NCBI GenBank assembly: GCA_038065495.1
Contig: JBBTQW010000002.1
Span: 197,373 to 261,372, forward strand
Length of the DNA: 64,000 nt
Direction of reading: 5' to 3'
Source of the DNA: Patescibacteria group bacterium
Lineage (GTDB): Bacteria > Patescibacteriota > Minisyncoccia > Phycocordibacterales > JACOZG01
Shown one piece after another: positions 1 through 10,075 of this stretch; positions within the stretch are counted from its first letter, which is position 1; every line of letters starts with the position of its first letter. The notes under the pieces were generated by a model. The model was not told the DNA's origin. It was given only the letters and a program-made list of their open reading frames with translations, and ran no database searches. The position numbers were made by a program, and so were the translations under genes.

Positions 1-35
1 TGCCTCACCATAGCTTTCTTCCTACCAGTCGAGTT

Positions 36-68
36 ACCGCCCCCTGTTGTGGGGGCGGTTATTTTTTT
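36..68 (+). terminator. Intrinsic terminator of a transcript entering from upstream
   Basis: ACCGCCCCC-loop-GGGGGCGGT stem followed by TATTTTTTT. Confidence 0.65.
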
Positions 69-73
69 CTAAC

Positions 74-152
74 TCACCCCTGGCCCCTCTCTTACTCTAA
101 GAGAGGGGAAACTCGCCCTCCGCTTAAGCTAAGAGGAGGGTTGGGAGGAGTT
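74..152. repeat. Composite palindromic repeat (CCCCTC..GAGGGG family), copy 1
   Basis: Two hairpins CCCCTCTCTT-AAGAGAGGGG and CCCTCC..GGAGGG abutting the ligA stop; similar elements at 7310 and 29711. Confidence 0.6.
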
Positions 153-2160
153 ATGCTAGTAATTCCAAAAACTCCTCTTCGCTCAAAACTTTCACGTCTA
201 ATTTTTCTGCTTTCTCTAGTTTAGAACCCGGATTTTCGCCAGCCACGACATAATTAGTATTTTTAGAAACCGAACTTGTCACTTCCCCACCCAAGTTTTT
301 TATTCTCTTCTTCGCTTCATCGCGCGATAAACTTGATAGTGTGCCAGTGAGCACGAAAGTCTGGCCGGAAAGTTTTTGCGTTATTTTTGGCGTTGTGACT
401 TGGGCAATTTTCACTTGCGCGAGCAAATCTTGCACGGTTTTTTGATTTTCTGAATTTCTGAACCAATCGAAAACAGACTTAGCCACAATGCTACCAATGT
501 TATTTATTTTTTCTAAATTTTCTAGACTCGCCTCGCTGATATTTCTGATATTTCGGAAATGTGAGGCCAGATCTTCCGCTGTTTCTTCGCCAACTTGCGG
601 AATAGAGAGCGAAACGAGAAAGTGCGCGAGCGAAACAGCGCGACTCTGCTCAATACTCGCGAGTAGATTATTGACAGAAATTTCAGCCAGTCTGGGCAAG
701 TTTAGCAATTTATCTCGTTTAGTTTTTAGCTCAAAAATACTCGCAAAGCTAGAAATTAACTTATGCTCTAGCAATAAATCAATCATTTTCGGCCCACAAT
801 GATTAATGTCGAAAGCGTGTTTGCTAACAAAGTGATAGAACTGGCGCTTGTTCTGTAGAATAGAATTTTTCTGCACTAATTTATACGCCGCCTGACCTTT
901 TATTCTCTCAATCTTCCCAATTCCCAAAATATTTTTAGGAAAGACAAACGGTTTGCTGTTTTTTGGCCTGAGTTCGGGTAAGACTTGCACGATATCTGGG
1001 ATAATGTCGCCGGCTTTGCGGATTATCACCGTGTCGCCAATCCGCACATCTAATTTTTTAATTTCATCTTCGTTATGTAAAGTTGCGCGAGAGACAGTCG
1101 AACCGTCGAGGAAGACCGGCCGGAGATGCGCCACCGGCGTGACGGCTCCCATCCGGCCAATTTGTAAAATAATGTTTTCGACAATCGTCGTCACTTCTTC
1201 GGCGCGAAACTTGAACGCAATCGCGAAGCGTGGCGCTTTCCCCGTATAACCCAACTTCTCCTGATCTAACTTTTTATTAACTTTCACCACCACGCCATCC
1301 AGTTTGTAATTTAACTTATCTTTTTCCTTTTCCCACTTCTGCCAGAATTTAATTACCTCTTCAATATCCTGACAATATTTATAATTCTGATTAACTTTGA
1401 AGCCCAGACTCTTCAACTTAGCTAATTCTTGCTCTTGCGTGCTGGGAATAGCAAAATCAGCTTGCGCAAGATCATAGATAAAACTGTCTAAATTTCTTGA
1501 CGCGACAATTTTTGGGTCAAGTTGCCGAATCGCACCAGCGGCGAGGTTGCGCGGATTGGCGTACAATTCTTCGCCTTTCCGCTTCTGCTCACGATTAATC
1601 TTGGCGAAATTCTCTTTGCTCAACCAGATCTCGCCCTCCACAATAATATTTTCTGGTTTAGTTAATCTGATGGGAATAGACTGGATAGTTCTCACATTAT
1701 TCGTGACATCTTCACCGACCGTGCCGTTACCGCGCGTGGCAGCAGTCTGGAGCAAACCATTCTGATAAGTCAAAACAATTTTGAAACCGTCTATTTTTAA
1801 TTCACAAGTGTAATCAACTCCGTCAGCCGACGGATTCCCCAGCACCTTCTTCACTCTGGTATCGAAATCTCTGATGTCACTTTCCGTAAAAGCGTCATTA
1901 AAAGACCACTGGGGTACCTGATGCGTAATTTTCTTGAACTTATTACTCGCCTCGCCAGCTACTCTCTGGCTCGGCGAATCCGGCGTCACCAGCTCCGGAT
2001 ATTGCGCTTCTAGTTTTACTAATTCATCTTTGAGCGAATCTAGCGCTTCGTCAGAGATCGTCTGCTGGTCTAGAACATGATATTCATAACGATAACGCTC
2101 GATTAAATCGCGCAGTTTGGCAAGACGTTCTGTGGCTTCTTTTTTGCTTATTTCCCCCAT
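151..2160 (-). CDS. ligA: NAD-dependent DNA ligase
   Basis: ELKIDG adenylation motif, TRGNGTVGEDVT, HhH region, C-terminal BRCT (FVLTGTL..AGENPGSKLEKA). Confidence 0.98.
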   Translation of the reverse strand: MGEISKKEATERLAKLRDLIERYRYEYHVLDQQTISDEALDSLKDELVKLEAQYPELVTPDSPSQRVAGEASNKFKKITHQVPQWSFNDAFTESDIRDFDTRVKKVLGNPSADGVDYTCELKIDGFKIVLTYQNGLLQTAATRGNGTVGEDVTNNVRTIQSIPIRLTKPENIIVEGEIWLSKENFAKINREQKRKGEELYANPRNLAAGAIRQLDPKIVASRNLDSFIYDLAQADFAIPSTQEQELAKLKSLGFKVNQNYKYCQDIEEVIKFWQKWEKEKDKLNYKLDGVVVKVNKKLDQEKLGYTGKAPRFAIAFKFRAEEVTTIVENIILQIGRMGAVTPVAHLRPVFLDGSTVSRATLHNEDEIKKLDVRIGDTVIIRKAGDIIPDIVQVLPELRPKNSKPFVFPKNILGIGKIERIKGQAAYKLVQKNSILQNKRQFYHFVSKHAFDINHCGPKMIDLLLEHKLISSFASIFELKTKRDKLLNLPRLAEISVNNLLASIEQSRAVSLAHFLVSLSIPQVGEETAEDLASHFRNIRNISEASLENLEKINNIGSIVAKSVFDWFRNSENQKTVQDLLAQVKIAQVTTPKITQKLSGQTFVLTGTLSSLSRDEAKKRIKNLGGEVTSSVSKNTNYVVAGENPGSKLEKAEKLDVKVLSEEEFLELLA

Positions 2161-2167
2161 TTGGGGC

Positions 2168-2743
2168 CTAGTATATCATAGTCGAAGCGCGCTCGACGGT
2201 GCGATCGCTGGTAATGTAACAAGCAGCTGTCCCCTCGCCAGATTGTTGAAAATTATTGTAACCCCAAGCTCTGATGAGCGTTTTGCCAACGCCAAGTGGC
2301 AGATTGGTGAGAGGGTTAAGCGTGCCTGGGTCCACACCTTTCGTCACTTCCACATAAGCACAAGTTACTTTCTCGCCACTATCGAAAGTGCCACCAAAAT
2401 TATAAGTAGAAGTAGTGTCAGCTGAATTGATACCGATCGTGAAATCACCGCAAGAAACCGACCTGAGTCCGTTGCCACGGAAAGTTAATAAATTATTTTC
2501 TAAAGTGAAGTAGCCAAACGGGCGCTCATCAGGATTCTCCAAACTATCATAATACCTGGCACAGTTGCGCGCACTATCGGCAGCATAGAAGGCGAACTGC
2601 GACTCGCGCGCGAGTGACGAGAGCACGAGCTGGCGAAGCGTGATGTTTAGTAAAGTCAAACCGACTGTCAAAACAATCGAGACGAGCAAAATCGCAAATA
2701 AGATCGCGACGCCCGCTTTTTGATTTTTATAAAATTTATTCAC
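2168..2743 (-). CDS. PilX-like minor pilin
   Basis: KAG/VAILFAILLVSIVL prepilin-like N-terminus lacking E5, SQFAFYAADS motif, in pilin cluster. Confidence 0.75.
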   Translation of the reverse strand: MNKFYKNQKAGVAILFAILLVSIVLTVGLTLLNITLRQLVLSSLARESQFAFYAADSARNCARYYDSLENPDERPFGYFTLENNLLTFRGNGLRSVSCGDFTIGINSADTTSTYNFGGTFDSGEKVTCAYVEVTKGVDPGTLNPLTNLPLGVGKTLIRAWGYNNFQQSGEGTAACYITSDRTVERASTMIY

Positions 2744-2755
2744 AGTGTTTAATTT

Positions 2756-3361
2756 CTAACCTTTGCTAAATAAATACTCAACAAGCGTTAGCGTTTTTGC
2801 AATATCTTTGTTAAACCAAGTGACGGTGACAGTCACTTTTAAAATTTCTGAAGAAACTTCGCTCATCTGGATTGAACGCGTAAAAATTGTGCCGATTTGA
2901 TTGGTAGAATTAGCATCGTACAGCTCGTATAAACCATTCCCGTTAGCCTTGTTAAATCTCAACTTACAACTATCATTTGGCGTAAGCTGCCCGCCCGTAG
3001 TGCAATTAGGATCGATGTCTCCAGTCAGCGGATTAACCTGGCAAAAAGTACCGGAATCACCACTCAAACAAGCTTGGAAGCCAGGGTCTTGTTGAAAAAA
3101 ATTCCCCGTTAATTCCGTGTATTGATATTTCCGGGCCAGCTCATAACGCTTATTAACCACCAATTCCATCGCCTCTTGCGCGAGATAGTTAGCTGCGATC
3201 TGATTGGCCGCAAAGATGCCGTCGCCAATGCCGCGCGCCGCAATCTGCAGTGGACCAATCACACCGATAATTAAAATTGTAATCGCCACCAGCGCCTCAA
3301 CAAGGGTAAATCCGCGAGAATGATTGGCGTAAAAATTTTTAATTTTAGAATTTTTTAGCAT
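2756..3361 (-). CDS. Type IV minor pilin (PilV-like)
   Basis: RG/FTLVEALVAI N-methylation motif; ANYLAQEAMELV. Confidence 0.85.
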   Translation of the reverse strand: MLKNSKIKNFYANHSRGFTLVEALVAITILIIGVIGPLQIAARGIGDGIFAANQIAANYLAQEAMELVVNKRYELARKYQYTELTGNFFQQDPGFQACLSGDSGTFCQVNPLTGDIDPNCTTGGQLTPNDSCKLRFNKANGNGLYELYDANSTNQIGTIFTRSIQMSEVSSEILKVTVTVTWFNKDIAKTLTLVEYLFSKG

Positions 3362-3368
3362 GATATTT

Positions 3369-4007
3369 TTAGCGTCGGTCAGAAACAGTCGTCTGGATCG
3401 CAAAGTCGCTGGTCTGATGCCCGACCGTGGCGGTGCCGTACAAACTAATCAGCACGCGCGGCTGGGAATCATTGGGGTCACAACCGCTACCATTGTTACA
3501 ATTACCAACAACATAAAACTTGAGACTTTTGACATCCAACTGATCATTAGTGATGGGCGTAAAGCTCGACATCGAGCCGGAATCCGGACCTTTGGCCACT
3601 TGCAATTGTCCCTTGCCAGCCACCGTGCGCAGACGATAAATAAACTTGCGGGGATTGCTAGGGCCTGGATCATCAGCCAGTTTAAACGCAATCGCAGTGC
3701 CCGGAGTGCTGGTGCAATCTTGGCTGTCGGCACTTGGATAATTTGGCGAAATTGGCGGATCAGCAAAATCACTAGCCGCGGCGCAATAATATCCGCCACC
3801 ACTTTTTAATTTTAACGTCATGCTATCGAGCGCAAAGTTGAGATTGTCCATTGCTTGCTTGATCGCCTGCGCTTTTTGGTTGATATTGTTCGCTGTAATC
3901 ACCGCGCCGGTGGCGATCACCGCGACCGTGGCAAAAATCGAAACTGCCACCATCAGTTCGATCAGTGTAAAGCCACGATTATTCTGATTATTATTTTTAT
4001 TTAACAT
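3369..4007 (-). CDS. Type IV minor pilin (PilW-like)
   Basis: RG/FTLIELMVAV motif. Confidence 0.85.
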   Translation of the reverse strand: MLNKNNNQNNRGFTLIELMVAVSIFATVAVIATGAVITANNINQKAQAIKQAMDNLNFALDSMTLKLKSGGGYYCAAASDFADPPISPNYPSADSQDCTSTPGTAIAFKLADDPGPSNPRKFIYRLRTVAGKGQLQVAKGPDSGSMSSFTPITNDQLDVKSLKFYVVGNCNNGSGCDPNDSQPRVLISLYGTATVGHQTSDFAIQTTVSDRR

Positions 4008-4699
4008 GTCAGATTAGACGTAACATAAATATGCCCCGTGCTCCAAACGCAAATATTTTTTACAGTATTTGTTTTGGCAGAAGATAAAGTAATTTTAGCA
4101 TAGCTGCAAACGCCCCCAGTGCAAGAAGAATCTAGACTATTCCCGCTGCCATTATTAAAGGCGGCTTCGGGATTTGGGCGATTGAATAGAATATTGAGTG
4201 GAGTAGTGTTAGAAATATCCTGACAAGCACCAGCCGACTCACAGAGTTGAACTTTGGTAAAAACCAGCCCACCACTTAAATTATAAACCTCGCGACATTC
4301 GGAATTAACAACGCCGCAAATACCACCAGCAAGATCGAAAGTTTTGGTAGTACCAGTGTTTTTGTTGTCACCAAATAAAACAAAAGAATTGGCTGACGGT
4401 TGAATCCCGCCCTGACTTAAATTGATATAAACCCCGTAAGACGGAAAGGGAGAGTTAGAGCCGAAGAAAGCTCCCCGCGTCTGGGAGCCGAAGGCCTGCG
4501 CTTGGCGGATGACTAGTGCCACTTCTTGCGCCACCAGATCCAGCGAAGAGCGATCACGGAAGCCGGGTAAGCCGGCCAGCACCACGCCGGTCATGATGAT
4601 AATAATCGAGACCACGACCATCATCTCAACAAGAGTAAAACCTCTCGACTGCGCTCGAGGTAAGGTTCCCTTAGAAAAAATTAAAGACAGTGAGGACAT
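4001..4699 (-). CDS. Type IV minor pilin (FimT/FimU-like)
   Basis: RG/FTLVEMMVVV motif; start uncertain; leader contains repeat-derived PRAQSRG. Confidence 0.8.
   Translation of the reverse strand: MSSLSLIFSKGTLPRAQSRGFTLVEMMVVVSIIIIMTGVVLAGLPGFRDRSSLDLVAQEVALVIRQAQAFGSQTRGAFFGSNSPFPSYGVYINLSQGGIQPSANSFVLFGDNKNTGTTKTFDLAGGICGVVNSECREVYNLSGGLVFTKVQLCESAGACQDISNTTPLNILFNRPNPEAAFNNGSGNSLDSSCTGGVCSYAKITLSSAKTNTVKNICVWSTGHIYVTSNLTC
4641..4664. repeat. 24-bp palindromic element (TCGACT..GCTC family) in pilin leader
   Basis: CCTCTCGACTGCGCTCGAGGTAAG; homologous to 18822, 31685, 43450. Confidence 0.7.
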
Positions 4700-5450
4700 T
4701 GAGATTAAAAAAGAAATTAAGTAACAAGCCAAGCACAATAAACGGCGCAAAGGGTAACTCGCTCTTCAGGTTAATTTTAGTCGCTTTGAGCAGAATCAGC
4801 AAGACGCCAAAGAGCGCACCGGACCAAAAGGCAAAGATAATTGCCGAGAGCGCGCCCGGCCAGCCGAGCAAGAAGCCCACGCCCAGCGCCAGCTTGGCAT
4901 CGCCGAGGCCCATCCAGCGACCAGACGAGACCCACCAGAGAAAGAAGAAAAAGAGAAACAAAACTAAGCCAGAAACCAAATGCTGAAAAAAAATGGTTGG
5001 AACAATCTGCGTGAACGGCCAGTTAGAAAAAATGAGAGCGAAAATAATAAAAGCGTAGACGAGGCCATCGGGAATTATCTTATGTCGCAAATCATACACG
5101 GTAATTACCAGCAAGAGCGAGAAAATAACTGCGCTAAGCAAGAATAATGGCTTGCCGAGAGAAACGCCCAAAAAGTGCTGGAACAGCGCGACAAACAAAA
5201 CACCATTTGCTAACTCTACCGCTGGATACTGCCAAGAAATGGCGCTCTGGCAGGCACGGCAACGCCCACCTTGTGCGAGAAAGCTGAAAACGGGCACCAA
5301 CTCGTACCAGCTTAGCGTGTGCGAACAGGCAAAGCACTGCGATCTCCCAGTAGAGACACTCCGCCCGGTATTGTAACGATAAATGACAACATTCAAGAAA
5401 CTGCCGACGATTAAGCCGAGCAAAAAAATAAACAAATAGACTGGAAACAT
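4671..5450 (-). CDS. pilD: Prepilin peptidase
   Basis: GSFLNVVIYR, CxxC pairs (CFAC, CRAC), DLRHKIIPD, GLGDAKL, LPFAPF; TATAAT 6 nt upstream of ATG. Confidence 0.95.
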   Translation of the reverse strand: MFPVYLFIFLLGLIVGSFLNVVIYRYNTGRSVSTGRSQCFACSHTLSWYELVPVFSFLAQGGRCRACQSAISWQYPAVELANGVLFVALFQHFLGVSLGKPLFLLSAVIFSLLLVITVYDLRHKIIPDGLVYAFIIFALIFSNWPFTQIVPTIFFQHLVSGLVLFLFFFFLWWVSSGRWMGLGDAKLALGVGFLLGWPGALSAIIFAFWSGALFGVLLILLKATKINLKSELPFAPFIVLGLLLNFFFNLNVLTVFNFF

Positions 5451-5474
5451 TGCCAAATTATAACACTAATCTAC

Positions 5475-5990
5475 TCAAGAGCAGAGACCGGCATTGATTG
5501 GCGCACCACTCACCACTCGACTGGCACTATTAGCATCTACACACCAAGATTTGGTGGGATCATCACGCAAGCGGGCCGCCACCGCCCAAGTATTGCCATT
5601 GGCGTCACAGATAACACTACTAGACATTGCACTAAGTGTGTTGATATACCCAGAAATAATCGTGTCTTTAAAAATAGAATTGGTGGCAAATTGACCCAGA
5701 TCAATGTTACCGCAGAATGTACCACCAGAGCCGATTGCGCACGAAGCTTGGACAATGCAAGAAATCGTACCATAATTGCCTTGTGGATAATTACCATAAA
5801 GAGTCTCTGCCCGATTCCTTATTTGGATTAAATTCTGCTTAATGGCAGCATCGTTGCCACGATTTTTCGCACTACTCACAAGAACGCCCACAATGCTGGT
5901 GAGTATGCCGATAATCGCAATCACCACGAGAAGTTCGATGAGGGTGAAGCCAGAGTTTTTCACAGGTAAATAGACACTATGGCCGATCAA
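5475..5990 (-). CDS. Type IV pilin
   Basis: SG/FTLIELLVVIAIIGIL, C-terminal WCVD. Confidence 0.9.
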   Translation of the reverse strand: MIGHSVYLPVKNSGFTLIELLVVIAIIGILTSIVGVLVSSAKNRGNDAAIKQNLIQIRNRAETLYGNYPQGNYGTISCIVQASCAIGSGGTFCGNIDLGQFATNSIFKDTIISGYINTLSAMSSSVICDANGNTWAVAARLRDDPTKSWCVDANSASRVVSGAPINAGLCS

Positions 5991-5992
5991 AA

Positions 5993-6562
5993 CTACAGGC
6001 AGTAGGCCCTATTAGTGTCATCGGAAAAAATCGGGGTTGGTGATGAGGGTGCAGTATAAAATTTACTTACATTGGCACTATCTACACACCACCAGGAGTT
6101 ACCAGAGCTATCAGAGGGCAATTTTGCTGCTACCGCCCACTCAGTGCCCGTAATACCGGCGCCCACACCGTCAGTATCATTAACTTTTACACGAATGCTT
6201 GTGGCTAATCCTCCGGCACTTGTCTGAGCTGACAACAACAACGCTTTCATTTTAGTTACATCGATACCGCCCACAAGACCATCATTATCAAACAGCGCTT
6301 CGGGCCTCTGACAGCCAGTTCCACTAATACCGGTCCAAGTAGTGCCACCAATACCGCCACAACGAGAATAACTGCCCAGCTCGCCAATTGCCAAGTTCAT
6401 TTCTGTTTTTAAATTATTTAATTGTTGCTTCACAGCGGCATCATTAGCACCACTTCGTGCTCCACCGAGCAGGGTGATGGCAATTCCTGACAGGATAGCG
6501 ATAATCGCGATTGTGACCAGAAGTTCAATCAAAGTAAAACCTTTTTTATTCATGCTAAACAT
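5993..6562 (-). CDS. Type IV pilin
   Basis: KG/FTLIELLVTIAII, WWCVDS; start 6562 or 6553. Confidence 0.9.
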   Translation of the reverse strand: MFSMNKKGFTLIELLVTIAIIAILSGIAITLLGGARSGANDAAVKQQLNNLKTEMNLAIGELGSYSRCGGIGGTTWTGISGTGCQRPEALFDNDGLVGGIDVTKMKALLLSAQTSAGGLATSIRVKVNDTDGVGAGITGTEWAVAAKLPSDSSGNSWWCVDSANVSKFYTAPSSPTPIFSDDTNRAYCL

Positions 6563-6647
6563 TATTACACGAAATATCATAAACGCCCCTGTGGACAACA
6601 CAAAATCCCCCAATAGGGGGATTTTGTTATAAACTAAACTAACCAAA

Positions 6648-7124
6648 TTAAGCGTTATCGCAAGCTACATCACCGCTTGATGCACCGGCAGCAATTTCGG
6701 TTGCAGCAGTGACGGTGCTAACACCAGAATAACCAGTGCTATCAACACAGTAGAAAGTACCATCGTTTAAGACAACAGACGCTCCCCATTTGGTTGGAGC
6801 TACACCAACAGCAGTGTCCTGACCACACTGGACAACGTTAGCCGCTGGAACTTGGGACTGAACAGCAGTCTTCAACGTCAACAAACTACCAGTGACTGAG
6901 GCAGCAGCGTTACATAGATCCACAGCGTAGAGACCGGAGGCAGTTACGCCCAACTCAGCTTGTGAGCGCATTGAGGACATGCTGGCCTTTGCGGATGAGT
7001 CCTTGGCCTTGTTTCTCGCAGAACCAAGCGACGTCAACACAATACCCGACAAGATACCGATGATGGCGATAACCACCAAGAGCTCAATGAGGGTGAAACC
7101 TTTTTTAAGATTCAATTTCATCAT
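6648..7124 (-). CDS. Type IV pilin (probable major pilin)
   Basis: KG/FTLIELLVVIAIIGILS, FYCVDSTG; own upstream intergenic region. Confidence 0.9.
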   Translation of the reverse strand: MMKLNLKKGFTLIELLVVIAIIGILSGIVLTSLGSARNKAKDSSAKASMSSMRSQAELGVTASGLYAVDLCNAAASVTGSLLTLKTAVQSQVPAANVVQCGQDTAVGVAPTKWGASVVLNDGTFYCVDSTGYSGVSTVTAATEIAAGASSGDVACDNA

Positions 7125-7309
7125 AAATTTCTAAATTCTAATAATTAACTTTCGACTTTTTAATAATAGCAAACATGAGTAATTGGTCAATGAATGGCCA
7201 TCGTGTCGATTCGACGCCATCCAGCCTCCCCTTTTCCCCTCTTTGACCATTACCGGCTAATTATAGACCAGCACGAGAACAGCGCAAAGACAGGAGGATG
7301 TGGACAACT

Positions 7310-7377
7310 ACCGCCCCCGCTCCTCACTAACCTTCGGAGCACCCCCTCCTTAATTAAGGAGGGGGTGGGGGGTGGTT
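7310..7377. repeat. Composite palindromic repeat (CCCCTC..GAGGGG family), copy 2
   Basis: CCCCCTCCTTAATTAAGGAGGGGG palindrome abutting pilC stop. Confidence 0.6.
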
Positions 7378-8587
7378 AAATTCCGCTCGCCAGATTATAA
7401 ATCGGCACAAGCACAGAGGTGAGCAGCACACCCACGCCCAGGCCCAGCAGCACGATCATGGCTGGCTCGATGAGGTCAACGAGTGTGTCTACGGCATCAT
7501 ACACTTCGCGCTGGTAGAAGCGCGCGATGGTGTCTAAGATAAAGCCCAGTTTGCCGGTTTCCTCACCAACCTTAAACATCTGGATCATAATGGAAGGCAC
7601 TTCTTTATACTTACTCATCACGCCGGAGATCTGATTGCCGGCTTTGACCGATTCGGCGGACTTGAGCAAAATCTCGCGATACACGCCGTTATCTACTACA
7701 TCAGCCGTAATCTCTAGCGCCCGGACCATCGAGATGCCGGAGGTCAACATGGTGGAGAGGTTATCCGAAATACGCGATAAGTAGAGCTTGGCGTAAAGAT
7801 CGCCCACGTAAGGAAGGGAGAGCTTAAAGTGCGAGAGCGAGCGCTTACCAATATCGGTACGCAAGTAACGGGTCACGAAGACGGCCAGGACAACGATGCC
7901 AGCAAGGAGGATAAAGCCGTAATCAACGAAGAACTGACTAATGCCAATCACAATTTTGGTATAGATTGGGATAGCTTGGCCGGTCTCTTTGAGGATCGCG
8001 CTAAGTTTAGGGATCACAAAGACGAACATCAGGATCATTACGGCGATAAAGGAGAGAATGATAAACGCCGGATAGATCAGCGCATTCTTGGCTTTGCTAA
8101 TCAAGCCATGCGAGCGCTCCAGATAAGCGGCTAAATAAGTAAAGACTTCGGATAATTTGCCAGATTCCTCGCCGGATTTGACCATGTTCACGTAGAAGAG
8201 CGAGAAGACCTCCTCATGCTTGCTCATGGCGGTGGAGATTAGCACGCCGCTATTGATCTCATCTGCGACTTCGGTTAAGACCCGTCGCAAGAGCGGATTC
8301 TCGGCCTCGCTGGCAAGCAGGCGGAAGGTGGAGAGCGCCGAGACTTTGGCTTCGAAAAGGGTGGAGATCTGCCGCGAGAGCAGAACTACTTCTTTCAACT
8401 TTGGCCGGCCGGAGAAAATAAAATATTTCGAGAGAAAAGTCTTTTTCGCATCATCAGCCGAGATAATGTCGAGAATAATCAAGCCGCGGCGCTGGAGACT
8501 AGAGATCGCCAAGTCAATGTTTGGCGCATCAATATTGCCCGCTTGCTCCTGATTCTCTTTCGTCGTCGCTTTGTAATTAAATAGCAT
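7376..8587 (-). CDS. pilC: Type IV pilus platform protein (T2SS F family)
   Basis: Two GspF repeats: SGEESGKL, VGEETGKL, IEPAMIVLLG. Confidence 0.95.
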   Translation of the reverse strand: MLFNYKATTKENQEQAGNIDAPNIDLAISSLQRRGLIILDIISADDAKKTFLSKYFIFSGRPKLKEVVLLSRQISTLFEAKVSALSTFRLLASEAENPLLRRVLTEVADEINSGVLISTAMSKHEEVFSLFYVNMVKSGEESGKLSEVFTYLAAYLERSHGLISKAKNALIYPAFIILSFIAVMILMFVFVIPKLSAILKETGQAIPIYTKIVIGISQFFVDYGFILLAGIVVLAVFVTRYLRTDIGKRSLSHFKLSLPYVGDLYAKLYLSRISDNLSTMLTSGISMVRALEITADVVDNGVYREILLKSAESVKAGNQISGVMSKYKEVPSIMIQMFKVGEETGKLGFILDTIARFYQREVYDAVDTLVDLIEPAMIVLLGLGVGVLLTSVLVPIYNLASGI

Positions 8588-8608
8588 GCAAAATAAAGTA
8601 AAACAAAA

Positions 8609-9673
8609 CTAGAGCATCCGGGCCAAGCCTTTGGGATTAAGCGAGTAACGATAAGCTGTTTCCTGACTAATCTCGCCGCGACGCACCAAGTCTGACAAAG
8701 ATTGATTGAGATTAATCATGCCAGCGTCTGCGCCAGTCTCAATTACTACATCAATTTCGGCTGTGCGGCCCTCACGGATTAGGTTAGAGACGGCGTTGTT
8801 GTTGATGAGTAGCTCATAGGCTGGGATCTGGCCGCCAGCCACGCGTGGGATGAGGCGTTGAGAAAAGATCCCAGTGAGCGAGCCGGCCAGCTGGATACGA
8901 ATCTGATTCTGCTGATTGGCTGGGAACGAGTCGATAATTCTATCGACAGTTTGCGAGGCACTATTGGTGTGGAGGGTGGAGAAAACCAAGTGGCCAGTCT
9001 CGGCTGCCGTCACCGCCGTGGCGATAGTATCGGGACTGCGCATCTCGCCGAGCATCACCACGTTCACATCTTGGCGGAACATCGCGCGCATGGCTTGGGC
9101 AAAGTCAACGGTGTCGAAGCGCACTTCGCGCTGGTCAATAATCGATTTATCACCGGTAAACATGTACTCCACCGGATCCTCGATGGTCACAATATGCTCG
9201 GCCCGTTCTTCGTTAATGAGCTGGATCAGCGAGGCCAGCGTGGTGCTCTTGCCCTGCCCTACGGGGCCCACGGCGAGGAAAAAGCCTTGTTTGCGCCGGG
9301 CAAACTCGGCCAGTTTGTCTGGTAAATTAAGCTCGCTTAAGCTCATGATCTTGGTGGGAATGAGCCGGAAGGCCGCGCCCACATAGCCGCGCTGGAGGAA
9401 GGCGTTGCCACGGAAGCGCGTTCCTCCGCCGGCCGAATAAGCAAAGTCGAGTTCTTTGGTCTCGGCAAAGAGCTTCTTGTTCTCGCTCGTGAGGATCTCA
9501 TCAATCAAGCCGCGGGTATCCTCTGGCTTCAAAACTGGTTTATTAACGAGCGGGATCAAGTCGCCAGACACTCTGATCGTTGGATTGCGCCCCACACTCA
9601 AGTGGAGATCAGAAGCGCCCTCTTTAATTACGGTAACAATTAATTCTTCTAATTCTTTTTTATAGTCAGTCAT
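8609..9673 (-). CDS. pilT: Pilus retraction ATPase
   Basis: GASDLHL, GPVGQGKSTT, TIEDPVE, AAETGHLVFSTLHTN. Confidence 0.96.
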   Translation of the reverse strand: MTDYKKELEELIVTVIKEGASDLHLSVGRNPTIRVSGDLIPLVNKPVLKPEDTRGLIDEILTSENKKLFAETKELDFAYSAGGGTRFRGNAFLQRGYVGAAFRLIPTKIMSLSELNLPDKLAEFARRKQGFFLAVGPVGQGKSTTLASLIQLINEERAEHIVTIEDPVEYMFTGDKSIIDQREVRFDTVDFAQAMRAMFRQDVNVVMLGEMRSPDTIATAVTAAETGHLVFSTLHTNSASQTVDRIIDSFPANQQNQIRIQLAGSLTGIFSQRLIPRVAGGQIPAYELLINNNAVSNLIREGRTAEIDVVIETGADAGMINLNQSLSDLVRRGEISQETAYRYSLNPKGLARML

Positions 9674-10062
9674 GATTTATTTAATTTAGCGCGTTTACTA
9701 TTAGCAATATCCAGCGTCTTGGCCACCACCTCGCTTGGCGTGGCTGTGGCTTTGACAATATAACCATCCACGCCCAGCGCCAAGCCCTGATCAATATCTG
9801 CCTGCTGACCCATGTTGGAGAGAATAATCAGCACTGTCTCTGGTGCGAGATTTTTCTCTTTTAATTTGCCGATAAGCTGGAAGCCGTCTAATTTTGGCAT
9901 CAAGATATCGATCAAGAAAACTTCCGGCTTAAGGCCGTTGATCACTTGCTCCAGTGCTTCCTCGCCATCGGTGGCCGTCACAACGTTAAAACCGAGTTCG
10001 GTAAACTTAAGCGAGTACATATCGAGTAAAAATTTGTCGTCGTCAGTAATGAGAATTTGCAT
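9670..10062 (-). CDS. Single-domain response regulator
   Basis: DDD, DILMPKLDG, conserved K in GYIVK. Confidence 0.92.
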   Translation of the reverse strand: MQILITDDDKFLLDMYSLKFTELGFNVVTATDGEEALEQVINGLKPEVFLIDILMPKLDGFQLIGKLKEKNLAPETVLIILSNMGQQADIDQGLALGVDGYIVKATATPSEVVAKTLDIANSKRAKLNKS

Positions 10063-10075
10063 AAGCTAAATTATA

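Noticed and set aside
7194-7379. 61-aa ORF between pilin and pilC
   Set aside because: Mostly translation of the palindromic repeat and promoter DNA.
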